Assembly (NCBI GenBank): GCA_040768745.1
Contig: JAXGMI010000001.1
Span: 1,152,001-1,216,000 of the forward strand
Reading direction: 5' to 3'
Length of the DNA: 64,000 nt
Source: Desulfomicrobium sp.
GTDB lineage: Bacteria; Desulfobacterota; Desulfovibrionia; Desulfovibrionales; Desulfomicrobiaceae
Part shown: piece by piece, positions 61,769-64,000 of the stretch
Layout: each line of letters begins with the position of its first letter
Numbering within the stretch: the stretch's first letter is position 1
Program-made: the position numbers and the translations under genes
Notes under the pieces: model-generated
Database searches by the model: none
What the model saw: the letters and a program-made list of their open reading frames with translations, nothing else
Told to the model about the DNA's origin: nothing

Positions 61769-62977
61769 TCAGAAACTGGTGATACCCTCAACATCTCGGG
61801 TTGTCTGCCAGAACCACGGAATAGCCGCGACCAGCAGCAGGGACATCAGGAAAAAACCCCACCCGTAGCCCAGTGCCCCGACCAGCAGCCCTCCGAGGAT
61901 GGGGCCCGAGGCGTGCCCGACATCGAAGATGGTTCCGAACACGCCCATGGCCGTGCCGTAGTGGCGGGCTTTGCACAGGTCCGCGACCATGGCCGCCGAG
62001 GACGAGGTGACCAGGGCCTCGCCGAAGCCAAAGAGCAGGCAGGCCGGGACCAGGGCCCAGAATCCCATGAGGTGCGGGACAAGGGCGAAGGGCAGGGCGC
62101 AGGAGAGAAGGCCAGCCACGATCAACGGACGCCTGCCGTAGCGGTCCGAAACCCTGCCCATGACCGGCTTGGCCAGCATGGTCACGACCACCTGCACGGC
62201 CCACAAAAGGCCCGCCTCGAAGGCCGAGAGCCCGGCCACCGTCACCGCGTAGATCGGCAGAAACGCCTCCAGCGCGCCCATGGTCATGTTCTGCACGCCC
62301 TCCATGGCCGAGGCGGCGACCACGCGCCTGTCGCCGCCCACTTCCCTGATCCCCGACACGAATTGCTCCATGCGGGAGGCGAAGCCGACGCCGGATGGGG
62401 CTTCGTCCTTGAGCAGAACCTTGAATCCGAGGAGCAGTGATGCCAGCCCCGTTACGGCCACGATGGCGTACACGGTGCGGAAGGTCGCGTCCGTGGCCCC
62501 GTCGGCTCCGCCCATGAGGGAGACGATGAGTCCGCCCACGGGCGCCCCGGCCAGGGTGCCGATGATGGCCACGGATGAGAACCAGGACAGCATCTCACCC
62601 TTGCGCTCCCCGGCCACGTCGGCCACCACGGCCATGGCCACGGGCCCGTACACGGCCGTGGCGAAGCCGTGCAGGAAGCGCACGGCGACCAGCATTGGGT
62701 AACTGTCGATGAGGAAATAGGCGAAGGGGACGAAGGCGAAGAAGCACAGGCCGGCCAGCATGGTCCGCCTGCGTCCGATGACGTCCGACAGCGCACCGGC
62801 CGGGAGTTTGAAGAAGATGCCTGTCACAGTTGATATGCCGACGGCCAACCCGATGGCTTCGGGGCCCGCGCCGAGGTACATGGCGAAGAGGGGCAGCACC
62901 GGGTTGCGGGCCAGGGCGTAGGAGAAGCGGGCCAGGAATCCCACGGAGCACAGAGCGCTGATCAGGTTTCGGTTCAT
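61769..62977 (-). CDS. MFS transporter
   Basis: GALSDVIGRRR and GRVSDRYGRR motif A; about 12 TM segments. Confidence 0.92.
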   Translation of the reverse strand: MNRNLISALCSVGFLARFSYALARNPVLPLFAMYLGAGPEAIGLAVGISTVTGIFFKLPAGALSDVIGRRRTMLAGLCFFAFVPFAYFLIDSYPMLVAVRFLHGFATAVYGPVAMAVVADVAGERKGEMLSWFSSVAIIGTLAGAPVGGLIVSLMGGADGATDATFRTVYAIVAVTGLASLLLGFKVLLKDEAPSGVGFASRMEQFVSGIREVGGDRRVVAASAMEGVQNMTMGALEAFLPIYAVTVAGLSAFEAGLLWAVQVVVTMLAKPVMGRVSDRYGRRPLIVAGLLSCALPFALVPHLMGFWALVPACLLFGFGEALVTSSSAAMVADLCKARHYGTAMGVFGTIFDVGHASGPILGGLLVGALGYGWGFFLMSLLLVAAIPWFWQTTRDVEGITSF

Positions 62978-63242
62978 GGCGTATTTCTTTTCGGGCGGTC
63001 GTAAGAATGTTTTCCAAGGCTCGGTTCGCATCCGGGAACGGCGCGGGAAGCGATGGTTGTTTGTTGCAATTGAAATATTTTCATTCGTGTTAAAAAGTCA
63101 ATTGCCATTTTCAAAATACTTATATATATGGCAGTTGCTAGATAGGATAATTTGATCGGGCGGGTTGCCCCGTCGAACCGATGGAAGGAACTTTCGTCTG
63201 ATGCCGTTTCGGCGCGAAATCATGATTCAGGAGGAATCTCGC

Positions 63243-63560
63243 ATGGCAAATACGCTTACGCCTCGGGAATTGAAGACGCTCATTGCAGCGTCCGACGTCA
63301 CGTTGCTCGATGTCCGTCGCAGGAGCGATCGCGAGTCCGGCCCTGCCGGCATCCCCGGGGCCGTCTGGAAGGACCCGGAGCATGTCGAGGCATGGTCTTC
63401 GGAACTGCCGAAAGACAGGCCGGTGGTCATCTACTGCGTGCGCGGCGGTTCCGTCAGCGCATCGGTGCAGGCCGCGCTGAAGGCAAGGGATTTCGAGGTC
63501 AGGTTCGTGGAAGGCGGGCTGGCCGCCTGGGAAACCCAAGGGTCGGGAGAAGGTGATTGA
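63243..63560 (+). CDS. Single-domain rhodanese (ChrE-like by context)
   Basis: LLDVRR, IPGA, VIYCVRG, VEGGLAAW; GAGGA RBS. Confidence 0.85.
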   Translation: MANTLTPRELKTLIAASDVTLLDVRRRSDRESGPAGIPGAVWKDPEHVEAWSSELPKDRPVVIYCVRGGSVSASVQAALKARDFEVRFVEGGLAAWETQGSGEGD

Positions 63561-63561
63561 G

Positions 63562-64000
63562 ATGGCCGAAGGCAATGACGTGAACTGGCTCCTGTGCATC
63601 CACAACATCCCGCCCAAGCCGGCCTACCTGCGGGCCAAGGCGGCGCGCAGGCTGGCGGCCCTGGGGGCCGTGGCGGTCAAGAACGCCGTCTACGTGCTGC
63701 CCCACGGCGAACGGCAGCGCGACGGGCTGGTCTGGCTGGCCAAGGAGATCGAGGAGGGCGGCGGGCGGGCCTACGTCTGCGGGGCGCGGTTCGACGTGTC
63801 CGGCGGCGGCATCGACGACACCCACATCAGGAGCCTCTTCGTGGACGCCCGCGACGCGGACTACCGCAGCCTCGGCGCGGAGTTTCAGCCCCTTTTCGAG
63901 ACCCTCGGCGACCCGCAGGGTGAAAACGCCCCGGACGCGGCCGAGGTCCAGGGCTGGGTCGGCCAGCTGCGCGCCCGCTACGACGCCGTGCTGGCCATAG
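63562..64000 (+). CDS. chrB: Chromate resistance protein ChrB, N-terminal part (runs off window; absent from the ORF track)
   Basis: Manual translation MAEGNDVNWLLCIHNIPPKPAYLRAKAARRLAALGAVAVKNAVYVLP...EIEEGGG. Confidence 0.8.
   Translation, partial: MAEGNDVNWLLCIHNIPPKPAYLRAKAARRLAALGAVAVKNAVYVLPHGERQRDGLVWLAKEIEEGGGRAYVCGARFDVSGGGIDDTHIRSLFVDARDADYRSLGAEFQPLFETLGDPQGENAPDAAEVQGWVGQLRARYDAVLAI

Overview
Chromosomal window from a sulfate-reducing member of the Desulfovibrionales; the proteins look Desulfomicrobium-like, but the genus is an inference. 1-12.4 kb: housekeeping block (ffh, rpsP, khpA, rimM, trmD fused to a second SPOUT domain, rplS, rnhB, yraN, rsmI, PTS IID, ptsH, ptsI, smpB, secA). 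12.4-29.1 kb: accessory-looking block with a glycine-betaine ABC transporter, a PAS-LuxR regulator, an alcohol sensing/oxidation module (ErcA-like Fe-ADH, histidine kinase and sigma54 activator, divergent from adh, an unlisted 59-aa ORF and aor), a fluoride riboswitch with crcB, and murB-fhs-deaminase. 29-38 kb: argJ, ppiD, aconitase and a chorismate-mutase/EPSP-synthase-like fusion. 38-48 kb: sat-aprBA-qmoABC(D) with Rex-like boxes and a 30-bp hairpin before qmoA. 48-64 kb: patchwork of an EVE protein, a DksA/PhoH deletion scar, an orphan IlvN coupled to a phosphate acyltransferase, hsp20, a TerC/DUF475 gene with a structured leader, a YeiH exporter, pstSCA with Pho boxes, an MFS and the start of a chromate-resistance locus. 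No tRNA, rRNA, CRISPR array or transposase was seen. All calls come from reading the sequence by eye; no database search was run.
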